Assembly (NCBI RefSeq): GCF_001194135.2
Contig: NC_068985.1
Coordinates: forward strand, 2,967,070-3,031,069
Length of the DNA stretch: 64,000 bases
Source of the DNA: Octopus bimaculoides
Taxonomy: Eukaryota
Direction: 5' to 3'
Position numbers and translations under genes: made by a program. Every line of letters begins with the position of its first letter. Position 1 is the first letter of the stretch. Positions 25,807 to 38,693 of the stretch are shown one piece after another. The notes beneath the pieces are model-generated. The model was not told the DNA's origin. It was given only the letters and a program-made list of their open reading frames with translations, and searched no databases.

Positions 25807-25820
25807 CGACGACGACGATT
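25080..25820 (+). mobile_element. Two RTE-type 3' ends with (GAT)n tails flanking a minus-strand family B SINE (25360-25560)
   Basis: ttaggaagggcatctagcc at ~25137 and acaggaagggcatccagccgtagaaa at ~25668, with long (GAT)n to 25820. Confidence 0.7.
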
Positions 25821-26024
25821 GATATTTTCATGGGTAATCATTTTTGTGTAGTATTTTCTTCATGTCAATATTGGAGTTCCATATCTTATGAACAACTTTG
25901 ATTATTAGTATCGCCAAACACAGCTACATTGCTTTCTTCAACTATTAAACACTGTTATAATAATAAAACCAGTGTTAGATGTTAACTTTTTTTTTTTTTA
26001 TTTAATCATGGACTGAATTTCTAG

Positions 26025-26100
26025 TTTTCTACAATGCTAACAAAAAATGCCACAAACTTGCAGAAAAATTTAACTTAGAAAGGAAAGAGTTAACTGTGAG
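26025..26100 (+). CDS. Candidate exon (FYNANKKCHKLAEKFNLERKELTV)
   Basis: Poly-T tract then tttctAG, donor GAG|GTAAGA, one open frame (phase 1 to 2). Confidence 0.3.
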
Positions 26101-26107
26101 GTAAGAA

Positions 26108-26300
26108 AAACCCTTTAGCATTCAAACCAACCACATCCAGCCTGAATATTCTACTTGTTTTATGTTCAAAACAGCCAGATCCAATCTCTCACACCTACCC
26201 AACAATGCTAGTCACATCATCAGAATGTTGATGCTATGAGATAATGCATGATTAATTTAAAATAATATAAATAAATAAGCATTGCATTTGATAATCTGAA
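26108..26300. mobile_element. piggyBac-type MITE copy
   Basis: Starts aaccctttagcattcaaacc, colinear with 1055-1265. Confidence 0.65.
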
Positions 26301-26489
26301 GTTATGCCTGGTCATTATAGTGTGGTCTTCCAGAAAGGAAATACTAATTTCAAAATGAATGCCACTTACACTTCGTGGTTGAGTGATTGCAGCAAGACTG
26401 GTAGGAAACAACGAAATGGTTCAAACACAACATAACAGAATCTGCTCAGTCGACCATAAGCGGAAAATATTTTGATGTAAACATCTATC

Positions 26490-26850
26490 TTTTATCTTTT
26501 ACTTGTTTCAGTCATTAGATTGTGGCCATGCTGGAGCACCACCTTGAAGAAATATTTAGTCAAATGAATCGACCCCAATACTTATTTTTGTTTTGTTCTT
26601 TAGAAGCTTGGTATTTAGTCTATCAGTCTCTTTTGCCAAACTGCTAACGTATAGGGACATAAACACACCGACACCGGCTATCAAGCAGTAGTGGGACGCG
26701 CACACACACATACACGACTGGCTTCTTTCAGTTTCCATCTACCAAATCCACTCACAAAGCTTTGGTCGGCCTGAAGCTATAGTGGAAGACACTAGCCCAA
26801 GGTGCAACGCAATGGTACTGAATCCAGAACCATGCAGTTGGGAAGCAAGC
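26490..26850 (-). mobile_element. SINE family A, near complete
   Basis: ttttatctttttacttgtttcagtcattagattgtggccatgctggagcacc through the head. Another copy at 27380-27725. Confidence 0.8.
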
Positions 26851-27539
26851 TTAATGATGAATGAAGCAGTAAAATAATATTGAAACAAAACCATTTGATA
26901 AGCTGATGTAAGAGACAAACCTTTGCTGTAGCAACCTTTAACCACCTTCACATGATCTTCTAACATACCAGAATCAGAGTGAAGATGGTTAAGGCTTGAA
27001 AACCAATTATAGAACTAACCACATATTTCTAGCATATGCTTGGTTTCCCGTCCTATACAGCTGATTAAGCATGGTAAGTTGGAACTACTCGAAAGCACAA
27101 TCAACACAAGTGAAGAATTTTACAATCTAAATTGCTTCACACATAATTCAGCTCCTACAAACTCTCAGAAACTTATCTCTGTTGTCTTGTTTTCTTAACA
27201 GCAAATCTTAAATCAATCCAGTAGAGTCAAGATGTTATAGCTTCAAAATTTACTCGTCTAATATGCTAAGCATATTTATTTGCTGGACTTGTGTAGTTAT
27301 GGCATAATAGCTTGGCACTCACTGAACATCGGATATTTGCTTCAAACGACCATATTTGGTCTTTTGTTTGTATCAGTGACTAGGCTGCGGCCACCCTGGG
27401 GCATCGCCTTAAACAATTTTTACTGACACCCAGTGCTTTTTTTCTAAAGTCAGGTATTTATTCTATCAGTCTGTTTTGCTGAACTGCTTAGTTATAGGGA
27501 CATAGAAACACCAATACTGGTTGCCAAGTGGTGGTGGGA

Positions 27540-27584
<45 letters not shown>

Positions 27585-28444
27585 CAGGCTTCTTTCAGAT
27601 TCCATCTACCAAATCCACACACAGTTTTGGTTAGCCCAAGGCTATGGTAGAAGATACTTGCCCAAAGATCCATACAGTGGGACTGAACTTGGAACCCTAT
27701 GGTTAGGAGGCAAGCTTCTAACCAACCATTTATAGAGTTCATGAAAATTTAAACATATCTTGTTGAATTATACAACATTAACAATTAAATGCATACATCA
27801 AGCTAAGTAAAATTGTGGCCATCCATACAGACAAGCATGTCCTTTAAGGTCATGCTGCCATTCCCTCTCACAGCTGAGAGGTTTTTGTCTTGCAGGTGCC
27901 ACATAAAAGGTATTCAGCACACTGTGAAGTGGTGGGCATCAGGAAGGCATCCAGCTGTAGAAACCATGCCAAAACAGACAATTGGAATCTGGACAGCTCC
28001 TATCAAACCAGCCAACCCATGCTACCATGGAAAACGGATGTATGATGATGATGAGTATATACCTATATATGTGTGTGTGTATATATATATATACATATAT
28101 ATATATATAAAAACTTGGGTGCCGAAGCCAAAAGTACCAGATCCTAACCCTGACAGCAAATGCCCTCATATTAACTGGCACTGTTGCAATCTGATAACTG
28201 AAGAATAAAATTTCCTCAGGCCTTATCCCTCAGGCACATTATCAAGTAACTAATAGTGCTCTGGTTATCCAACTCCAGCCAGCTATAAAAAACATATTCC
28301 AGCAACATATTAGTATGAAAGGAGGCAAAATCTGAAACAGAAGAGAGATAAAATGAAGGGTAGCATCATTTACTTGCTCATGAGAAGTGAAATAGCTACA
28401 AATAGTAATCAAAGCACAGCCATGTGTTCAGCTTTACTCTAAAG

Positions 28445-28911
28445 CATGCATGGGCAACCTGAGGCCTTTGGGTTGCATGCAGCCCCCAACAAGTTTCTAG
28501 ATTATTAACTTCATACTAAGACAAATAAAATAAGGCGGCAAGCTGGTAGAATCGTTAGCACGCTGGGCAAAATGCTTAGCGGTATTTCGTCTGCCGCTAC
28601 GTTCTGAGTTCAAATTCCGTCAAGGTCTACTTTGCCTTTCATCCTTTTGGGGTCGATTAAATAAGTACCAGTTACACACTGGGGTTGATATAATCGAGTT
28701 AATCCATTTGTCTGTCCTTGATTGTCCCCTCTGTGTGTAGCCCCTTGCGGGCAGTAAAGAAATAAGACAAATAAAATTAAGAAGAACTGCAAAAAATTCA
28801 GTGTAATGTGGGCAAATAATATTTCATGCATATGTGTTTTATCATGCGGCCCTCTCCCACTTGGAAGTGGTACGATGCAGCCTCCAGTTGATGAAAAGTT
28901 GCCCATCCCTG
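28445..28911. mobile_element. hAT-type MITE hosting a SINE
   Basis: TIRs catgcatgggcaacct and agttgcccatccctg, 8-bp TSD ctctaaag/ctctatag. Confidence 0.8.
28534..28762 (+). mobile_element. Intact young SINE family B (tRNA head plus Meta-like core)
   Basis: A box tggtagaatcg, B box gagttcaaattcc, core gcctttcatccttttggggtcgat, 15-bp TSD taagacaaataaaat (28517-28531 and 28763-28777). Confidence 0.9.
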
Positions 28912-29596
28912 CTCTATAGAGCTCACATCATTTCCCACATCTTTATTATAAGCTCATAAACTCAGTGAGGCACAGCTCAAGTTCTTTCTTTTCTCTTTAT
29001 TTATTTTAAAACTGCCATACATATTTCTTTTATCATTTCTCTCCCCATTGCTTTTTTTTGCTCACCTCATTCTATTACTCATCTACAGTCCTAACGAGAA
29101 AATAGCAGTGACTTTCATTTGTATAGTCACTGTTACTTTTAACGAGCAAATTAGACACCAGAGCAACTCAGGTTTGCTCTGGTGTTGCAGCTATGATCGT
29201 CGCCATGATTCTCATCCTTAACCACAATAACAAAGAGCTGAAACTCTTCAATTTACATACAAATGATAATAACTGAGACGCATTTCCTTCAAATTCTCCA
29301 CAGCTACATTATAGGCACTGTGCATCTGTGGTAGCCATCAATAATTATGTGAGCACTTGAATCAAATGCAATCCCTACTGCCACTACTGTACATAACAAG
29401 AATTTCATCCCCCACCTCTTTCTCTCTCTCTCTCTCTCTCTCTCTTACACACACAAACTTGGAAACCCCCAGCTGAGATATAAGAAGAAAAGAAAAGGCC
29501 CCTGGACTGATTCAAAATTAGATGTCTGCAGCAGATGACCTCCACCACCCACTCCACACAAACACTGCACCACATCATATTCAGTTTTGTTTCATT

Positions 29597-29882
29597 TCAT
29601 ATTCTTTGTTTATTTCCTTGGTTGAAATCTGCAAGGTATGCTAAGTCTGTAGCAAAACTTAATGTATCTGACACATCTCTCACAATTATTGCTGTTTCTT
29701 GTTGATGTGCTAATATTGATGGTGGTAGTGGTGGTGGTGTTACTGGACTTGCTGATGTTGTTGTTGTTGCTGTTGTTGTTGTGGTGGTGGTGGTGGTGGT
29801 GGTGGTGGTGGTGGTGGTGGTGGTGATGTTACTATTGCTGCTGCTACTTCTATTGTTGATAGCTGGTTTTGTTTCCTGTTCT
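29597..29882 (-). CDS. Candidate terminal exon with poly-Thr tract (...ETAIIVRDVSDTLSFATDLAYLADFNQGNKQRI*)
   Basis: Acceptor ttttatctaattgctcaaAG, open frame through an (ACC)n/(ACA)n tract to a stop, phase 2. Confidence 0.35.
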
Positions 29883-30238
29883 CTTTGAGCAATTAGATAA
29901 AAGTGATTTTGAAAAAACACCATATATGCCTTAAAGCTTATCCCTGGAAAGTTTTCATTAACAATAGATTAAAACAAACTTCTTACAGGAAAGAATGAAA
30001 GTATGAAAAAACAACAACAACAACAATAAACAACAAAACATAAAATCATATATATATATTTAAATAAAAGGACAAACAATTTTTATTTTGTTTCCAAAAT
30101 GACACAGCAGACATAATAAGTTTCGAGTTATGCTAAATAAAATTTGCTAATAATAGCAATTATAGAGAAGATGGTAAATTTTGTCCAATCCAAACAATGA
30201 TGCCTTCAAAACCAACTTGTGTCAAAATTTGATGGTAC

Positions 30239-30274
30239 CTGAGGCTTTGTTTCAAGATAATGTCATGGTCATCT
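30239..30274 (-). CDS. Candidate 36-nt exon (DDHDIILKQSL)
   Basis: ctttatAG acceptor, CAG|GTACCA donor, phase 2-2 joins 29882 in frame. Confidence 0.25.
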
Positions 30275-31328
30275 CTATAAAGATATCAGTTATTAACAGC
30301 AATTCTTTTTTAAAGTTTTATTCTCGATAAATCCTCTAACCACGATTTGATCAAAGTTAAACAGAGATGGATTAAAGGAGCATAGGATAGATCTTTTCAT
30401 GCGGCAATGACACTGTAAGCCAAAGTCTATCACCAACAAACAGTGATCCTCAAAATGTTCTGTAATGGTTGATTCAGATGAAATCAAGAAATGTGGTCAC
30501 TAACATTAATGTCACAACCTTATAGACTGCCAGAGAAATGTCAAAGGTTAAGAATTTGTTCTGTTGTAGCCATCCATTACACCAATTGCTTCCTCTGAAC
30601 ATAAATGTAGCATTGCCCTTCCTTCTAATAAACATTTTACCCAGTCCTTCCTTTCCATACACCTTAAAACTAACAACAACAATGTAAGCTGAACAATGGT
30701 TTGTAATCTACAGTTGTAGACCAGTTCAGCATTTCTTTTTCGTTTGAATTCCGTCCTTTTCAAAACCATTTTACTTCATGTAATGAAGCAATGATATAGT
30801 CATTCAATGGCAGCTAATAAAACCTTACCAGGCACACAAACAGATGTTTCCCATTAATTCTCCAAATCAAATATTGTATAGATTTTAACAGTTTACGGCA
30901 GTACGTTTGTATATCCTTTTACATCTATTTCTCTAAGCTGGCATGGGTTGGATGAGCTTCAGAACAACTCCACACCACCCACCCAAGTCCTTCATTATCT
31001 GTCACACATAGCAATAGAGGGAAAAAAAAAACAAGTAAATCAGTTAATGTGTATGTCATTAATGTGGCATGGCTTCTATGGATGGAGTCCCACCCATCAT
31101 CATCAACTACTTTACAGCACATATTTGTTGTACTGTATCACATAACTGTCATGAGAGAGGTGGTGTTTCTCAAGATTAATCAATTCTCTCTAAAGATTAT
31201 TACCATTCCATCTTTTATCATGACTTTAAGAATTGAGTGATTTGCCTAGCTAAAACCACTTACAGAATAGAATGGGTGCATTTTATCATTGGCACCAGCA
31301 CTAGAAAAAAAAAACTATCTGTCTAGAC

Positions 31329-31539
31329 CAGAGGTTCTCAACCATTTTGGTCTATGAATCCCTTTGGTTCTTGTTTTACTCTACTGGACCTCCATAGCCA
31401 TTCAATACATAAAAAAAAAATATCTTGCTGTATTTTAATAATTAAATATTATTAGGAATTGTATTAAAAAATTTTTGATATTTTGTGTATTGTAGAAGTA
31501 TAAGCAATTTATAGAACATAAATTTTAAGAACTAAATCT
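31329..31539. mobile_element. hAT MITE left arm
   Basis: gtctagac target followed by TIR cagaggttctcaacc. Same family as 12067-12700. Confidence 0.65.
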
Positions 31540-31975
31540 TACGAGTGGGGTACCCAAAAGTAACTAGAAATTCACTCAGTGGGACAAACCCGTTGTAGTT
31601 CAGGCCTCTGCTGCAAGAGCCCAGCTGGTGCAACCCTCAGGCATCAGTCTGCCGACTGGCAGTGTCCTTTGGACTTGTACTGCCATGTTGTGCATCTTTG
31701 TTTTGCAGTGCTTCTCCCCTGCTCATTGATTTTTTGCAATGGCTGAAATGACGGACCATTGTGTTTCTGTGAAATTCTGTTTTCTGCTGGGGGAAAATGG
31801 TGGCCAAAACAGTTGTAATGCTTCGAACAGCTTACAAAGACGCTGCCGTGAGCTAAACACAAGTTTACAAGTGGTTCTCATGCTTTAGGAATGGTCACTT
31901 GTTACTCGAAGATTAACCTCATTCAGGACAACAGTAGACATCCCGAATGAATGGAAACCTTATGAAAATTGTCAA
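31540..31975 (+). pseudogene. mariner left end plus transposase N-terminus (HTH), truncated
   Basis: TA plus TIR cgagtggggtacccaaaagtaac. Translation VKFCFLLG..KTVVMLRTAYKDAAVS*TQVYKWFSCFRNG..LED*PHSG. Confidence 0.8.
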
Positions 31976-32647
31976 CTTTTATTATATTCATTATATATAT
32001 TGTTTCCGGTATAAATTAATATTATTAAGAAATATTACCAGTCCCTGGAACATTGTGAAAAAAACTGCCGGTATGCCACATCAGAAAGTTTGAGAAGCAC
32101 TGTCTTAGAGTATAGTGTGCTTGAATAATGAAGTTCCACGTACCTACAAACTTTTAATATTTATATACCAGCCACAGGAATGCATCTAATATGTAAATTG
32201 GTATATCTAATAACTTACAAACACTGTATGTGGTGGCTATACAAGCAAGGTGGTTGAAGGTGAGAGCAGGTTTGATGGGTGGTGATGAAGGGGCAAAAAC
32301 CTCCAAAATATGGCATATACACTCATTACCCACTTTTGTCTTTGATCACATTTGTTTGTTTACACCTGACATCTCGATATGAAACGTAACAAAAAATAAG
32401 TGCTGGCTAAAAGTTCTATGGAGTCTCTGTAGAAATAACCTTAACAAAATTACTTTCTATTATCCAGTTACATATAGGAAAGGATGAAATTCTCAGTGAT
32501 TTTACAGAAGTTGTTATATCAATGCAACAGCATCATTATGACATATATGGGGAGAGGATATCTCATTGCTGCTCATTATGGTATTAAAAGATATTCAGGA
32601 TGATACTGATATTGAAGCTGAAACTAATCATAAAATTATCATTATTA

Positions 32648-32682
<35 letters not shown>

Positions 32683-33855
32683 GCAGTAGCAGCAGTTGGC
32701 TTAAGCAGAAGCCAATGTAGCATTAATTGTGATGATAATAATTATTATACTGACACAATGTGGTATTTCTGCACACTGCCATGGCTGACTTCATTCATCA
32801 CACATAAGTTCCACAGAAATAACGCAACAACTTCAGCTTGAGTTTCCTTCAGCTGGCCACTGCCTATCTACCCTCCATTACTTTACAGAACATTCTCTCT
32901 CAATATGGCAGGTATTCAAATTATATACCCACACAAGATTAATTCTCTTCTGATATGTCACTTTGTGTTTCAAGTACACATTGCATAGCAAACATACTGT
33001 TGCAAGTTCCATTCGTTCATTTCACATTACTTCATCGTAATTAAAACATATGCATCATGTGGTCTACACATAATACAAAGCAGGATCATTTGTCATAAAC
33101 AGAAGCAGTCATTGTCTAGATTTCTTCTAAATGCTCTGTAAACTCATGTTCTGCTGCTGGCTCCAGCCTTAGCAATTATTAAATCAGCTATATAGCCTTA
33201 ATCCTCCCCCATTAACTGTATCAAAGCATCTAAGAATATAATGGGTTTTATTCAAATGTCAAATATTCTAGTAACAAGATGATTCATATAAACTGAATTA
33301 TATAAACTTATATAACCAGAGTGCTCACTAGAATTAAGCCTGCATTTACAATATTAAAAAAGATCAACTAAGAATATTCAGACACAAAATCTATGGATGA
33401 TATAGATTAAAGTAAAACAATACTTATATTCAGGTGAGTTTTACTGTTGAAAATTGTGAACAAAAGAATATCATATCTTAATTTTCAGAAATAGAGATAG
33501 CTATAAAACAACCCACTTCCCCTCACATTGCTCAATTACCACCAAAACAATTTGCATAGAGCCAGATCTGTCAGCGACTTATTCTCTGCCCTAAACAGAA
33601 GGGGTTTTTCACCACTGAGAACCTCAGAAAAAGCACCAGAATCACACTTGACATGAAAGCTTACTAGTTTAGTTGCCTACCTGTGGGCTCAACCCATCTC
33701 TCATCTCTTAGATCATCATCAGACCATAACTCTTTCTCTCTCTCTCTCTCTCTCTGACCCACACTACCAACTCTGCTATTTCTAGTTATGTTTCTTACAC
33801 ACTTTCTTTTGTAAATTCGCTACTAATTACCAATGTCACCACTATTTGTCCCTTC

Positions 33856-34060
33856 TTAACCCTTTCAATACCAACCCGGCTGAAACCGGCTCTGGCTCTG
33901 TAAGTACAAATGTCTTGTTTTCATATGTTTTGAATTAAAGCCTTCCACTAAACCTTTGTCACAATTTATGTTCCTAACACTAGTTTAATGATAACTAAGT
34001 TATATTACTGTTATATTTAAAATTAATTGAACGAAACACAGAACATCTCAAAAGGGTTAA
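33856..34060. mobile_element. piggyBac-type MITE with TTAA TSD
   Basis: TTAA-CCCTTT ... AAAGGG-TTAA. Confidence 0.8.
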
Positions 34061-34485
34061 TATTATTCTTCAGAGTAAGCATCATACACATGCAACTTAG
34101 ATAACCGATGTCACATCTTCATTGCTGAACTATCCTAAATCGTCCTTCAGTAATGCTACGACTACCAAGTCTCCTTCAAAAGTACCAAAAATTCAATTTT
34201 CCAAAACAGCTGGAAAACAAATTTTGCATCACGCTTTCCCTACATATAATACACAACCAGAACTCCTAAAACTGTTGCAAATGCTACATGCCATTAAGCA
34301 TATCTTATGTTTCCATCATATATATAACATTACCAAAAGTTAGTCATAAAGACTAAGCCTTTTTTCAGGTTCAGAAATTTCACCTCTTATCAGATGCTGA
34401 TTGTCCAATTTCAAGGGCAATTCATATTAGAAAACTGCTTAACCCTTTAGAATTCACATTACTTTGTCAAATGTAAAGCTTATTT

Positions 34486-34636
34486 GGAGTCCAGGAGACA
34501 TTGTCTCCAGATGGCTCTATGACACGATCTGTGTCCTTATATTTTCGAACAAGGGAATCTAGCACCCCCACTCAGCTCAAAACAATATCTGTGTATCGTG
34601 ATTTCCAGGTTATTTCTCTTCATCAGCACAGAATAA
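34486..34636 (-). mobile_element. 151-bp retro-insertion with 11-bp TSD carrying a hammerhead motif
   Basis: TSD aaagcttattt at 34475-34485 and 34637-34647. Confidence 0.7.
34586..34635 (-). ncRNA. Type I hammerhead ribozyme-like motif with degenerate stem II
   Basis: tctgtg-CTGATGA-agagaaataacctg-GAAA-tc(ac)ga-ta-cacaga. 6-bp stem I, stem III atc/gat, AUA triplet. Stem II pairs poorly. Confidence 0.5.
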
Positions 34637-35308
34637 AAAGCTTATTTATTCACCACATTGCTTTGAATTAACCATGCGTTACTTTGTAGCTTTGAGATTT
34701 CTATGATGCGATTGCTTATGTTTCAAATGATATTCTAAAGTATTTGTGAGAGTTTGGATATACATAAAACAGGTAGAATATTTGGGTCTGATATGGTTGG
34801 TTTAAATGTTAAAGGGCTAAATATGTGAGGCACTACTACTGCTCTACATCACAAACCTTCATTTGATTGTTTTCAAAATCTAGTTTCAATACATCAATTC
34901 ACATGTTGCATGGTCTTCTTTATCTTGGCTACAAACAAGCATCAGAAATACAACTTCCCTTTATCTAGCTTGTATCAGCACCAATACCATATGATACCAA
35001 TGCCAAACACAGCAGTCAAACAGTTGCCCCTTTAGATTTCTTTCTAAATATACACAATACATTTCTTTAAAAAGAAAACAATATCTGAGTAAAACTTGTT
35101 TTCTTTTTGTGAGCACAGTTGACAAACATTCTGACTGGAATCAAATTTCTCAAAATGATACTGCATTAGCAGTTAGTTAAAACTGAAAAGATTGAAATAA
35201 AAATAATAGTTTATTGCATTCCCTTTCTGGAGTTAAAATTTCAAGGGAGAAGAATGAAATTATACTAAATAGAAAAATGTTGAAGCGGAACTCAAAAAAC
35301 ATGTACTA

Positions 35309-35506
<198 letters not shown>

Positions 35507-35895
35507 TCAAGAAAGGACATTAATATTAATCACAATGATCATTGTAATAATAGAATATTAGCTATAGTATAATAGTGTCGCTACTACTACCACCACAACT
35601 AATGTCAACATAACAACAACAATCATAGCCAAGAAATCTTTGTGAAGAATCAAACCTGGAACTAAATAACAATTATCAAGTCTTGCAAAAGGTAATTGAA
35701 ATTAATTAATTCCTTCAAATAATTAATCCAGAAGACATTGAAGGGTATTTTTCCCATGTTTTATTGATGGCATGCTGAAATTCAATGACAATCACACCTT
35801 GGCTTGTTGTTGTTCTGTTTTTCTCTCTTTAATTTTCACGACAGAAATACAAAAAGGAATTGGGAGGAAAGAAAGAATAAGGTTCTAGCATAGTT

Positions 35896-35943
<48 letters not shown>

Positions 35944-36159
35944 TGTAGTGGCATTTCAAAAAGAAAAAAAGAAGCCATAGCACTTAAGTGGTGATTGCAG
36001 AGTTCAAAACAAAGAAGGGAGAAAAGAAAAACTAAATCAGTGGATAATGTGTTGAATTTGCAGCGCTAAAGAAACATGTTCAATATCCTGTGGCAAAGTT
36101 ATCAAACGTAATAAAGAATTGGAGTAAATATTTTAGTATTTAATTTAATATACTGCAAT

Positions 36160-36715
36160 CATCATCATCGTTTAACGTCCACTTTCCATGCTGGCATGGG
36201 TTGGATGGTTTGACTGATGACTGGTGAGCCAGGGGCTGCACCAGGCTCACTCTGATCTGGCAAAGTTTCTACAGCTGGATGCCCTTTCTAATGCCAATCA
36301 CTCCAAGAGTGTAGTGGGTGCTTTTATGTGCCACCAGCACGAGGGACAGTCAAGCAGTTCTAGCAATGACCACGCTCAAAAGGTGTTTTTATGTGCTACC
36401 TGCACGGGATCCAGTCCAGCGGCACTGGCAACAACCACGCTCGAATGTTGTTTTTCATGTGCCACAGGCACAGGTGACGCTGGCAACGATCACGCTCAAA
36501 TGGTGCTTTGCGTGTGTCACCGACACGGGAGCCAATCCGTGGCCCTGGCAACAATCACACTCGGATGTGCTTTTAATGTTCCACTGGCACGAGTGCCAAT
36601 CAGGCTGTACTGTCATTGGCCACATCAGTGATTTGTTTAAACTTGCCTCAATAGGTCTTCGCAAGCAAGGTTCATTGTCCAATGAATGAGGGGTACTCCT
36701 AAGTGGGCTGGTTAC
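36160..36715 (-). mobile_element. RTE 3' UTR with ~5 diverged 54-66-bp repeat units
   Basis: (CAT)n tail, tttaacgtccactttccatgctggcatggg, array at ~36320-36620. Confidence 0.85.
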
Positions 36716-37778
36716 ACCCCACGTTCAGATGTGGAACGTTAAAAGCACATCTGAACAAGTGCCAATCAGGTGGAATTGCTGTGACCTTATATTTTTCCTA
36801 CAATAGGTAGAAACACTGAAATTTGTGGGGAGGGAGTAAACCAATCACATTGTTCCCGAAAGGCTGAAAGTCAAAGTCAACCCCAGCAGAATTTAAACTC
36901 AGAAAGTAAAACCAAAAGAAATGCAACTGAGTAGCAGTGATCTGGCATCCTAACAATTCTGCAAGATCACAGCCTCACTATGACCTAACAAGGCTTTGGT
37001 CAGCCCAAGGCTATAGTAGAAGACACTTGCCCAAGGTGCCATGCAGTGGGACTGAACTCGGGACCATGTGGCTGGTAAGAAAGCTACTTACCACATAGCC
37101 ACCCCTGTGTAGGCAGCATCTTTTCCATAAGACCATAGGTATGATTCGAGGGAGATCAGATTGTTATTTCTAGCAGATACTGTGAACATGAAGAGACTCT
37201 TGTAATAAACCTGGGTCAATTTAACCCCTTCCCTGAAATCTGTTAACTTGTACCAAAGTGAGAAATCTTTATTATTATCTGAGAGACATTGATGAAGTGT
37301 TATAAAGTAGAGCAATTGTTTCGGCTGAAATCTTTACAACTCAGTCGACTCTTTTATTACTTTACATATAATGAGGTGTATTCTTCATATAATTCAACTG
37401 ATTTTGAAAATAATCCACAACTTAGAACTTAGTAAAATGACTGACTTTTCATTATCAACTTGGTTTCCTACATTAAATTACTATTGAAATTTCTGGTTTC
37501 CATATGAATTAGAGGTCTTACATCATCAAACTGGAGACCCTCTCAAACATATTAGTGTCAAAAAGAATATGCCTTAAAATAAAACACAAAGGCGGTACTG
37601 GCAACGGCCACGCTCAAAAATGGTGTATTTTACGTGCCACCTGCACAGGAGCCAGTCCAGCGGCACTGGCAACAATCTCACTCAAATGATTTTTCAGGTG
37701 CCACTGGCACATGTGCCAGGAACACGAAGATAGAGAAAGAAAATCGCCAACGATACACACATGGTCACATGCAAGCAC

Positions 37779-37829
<51 letters not shown>

Positions 37830-38693
37830 NNNNNNNNNNNNNNNNNNNNNNNNNNNNNNNNNNNNNNNNNNNNNNNNNNNNNNNNNNNNNNNNNNNNNNN
37901 NNNNNNNNNNNNNNNNNNNNNNNNNNNNNNNNNNNNNNNNNNNNNNNNNNNNNNNNNNNNNNNNNNNNNNNNNNNNNNNNNNNNNNNNNNNNNNNNNNNN
38001 NNNNNNNNNNNNNNNNNNNNNNNNNNNNNNNNNNNNNNNNNNNNNNNNNNNNNNNNNNNNNNNNNNNNNNNNNNNNNNNNNNNNNNNNNNNNNNNNNNNN
38101 NNNNNNNNNNNNNNNNNNNNNNNNNNNNNNNNNNNNNNNNNNNNNNNNNNNNNNNNNNNNNNNNNNNNNNNNNNNNNNNNNNNNNNNNNNNNNNNNNNNN
38201 NNNNNNNNNNNNNNNNNNNNNNNNNNNNNNNNNNNNNNNNNNNNNNNNNNNNNNNNNNNNNNNNNNNNNNNNNNNNNNNNNNNNNNNNNNNNNNNNNNNN
38301 NNNNNNNNNNNNNNNNNNNNNNNNNNNNNNNNNNNNNNNNNNNNNNNNNNNNNNNNNNNNNNNNNNNNNNNNNNNNNNNNNNNNNNNNNNNNNNNNNNNN
38401 NNNNNNNNNNNNNNNNNNNNNNNNNNNNNNNNNNNNNNNNNNNNNNNNNNNNNNNNNNNNNNNNNNNNNNNNNNNNNNNNNNNNNNNNNNNNNNNNNNNN
38501 NNNNNNNNNNNNNNNNNNNNNNNNNNNNNNNNNNNNNNNNNNNNNNNNNNNNNNNNNNNNNNNNNNNNNNNNNNNNNNNNNNNNNNNNNNNNNNNNNNNN
38601 NNNNNNNNNNNNNNNNNNNNNNNNNNNNNNNNNNNNNNNNNNNNNNNNNNNNNNNNNNNNNNNNNNNNNNNNNNNNNNNNNNNNNNNNNNNNN
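37830..38693. other. Assembly gap (864 N). Other gaps at 17721-17730, 57125-57462 and 59099-59209
   Basis: Runs of n; two of them abut (CA)n microsatellites. Confidence 1.

Larger units (their letters stand above)
34439..34820. mobile_element. piggyBac-type MITE (reverse copy of the 1055-1265 family) containing a 151-bp insertion
   Basis: TTAA-ccctttag ... aaaggg-ctaa. Interior is antisense to 1055-1265. Confidence 0.75.
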
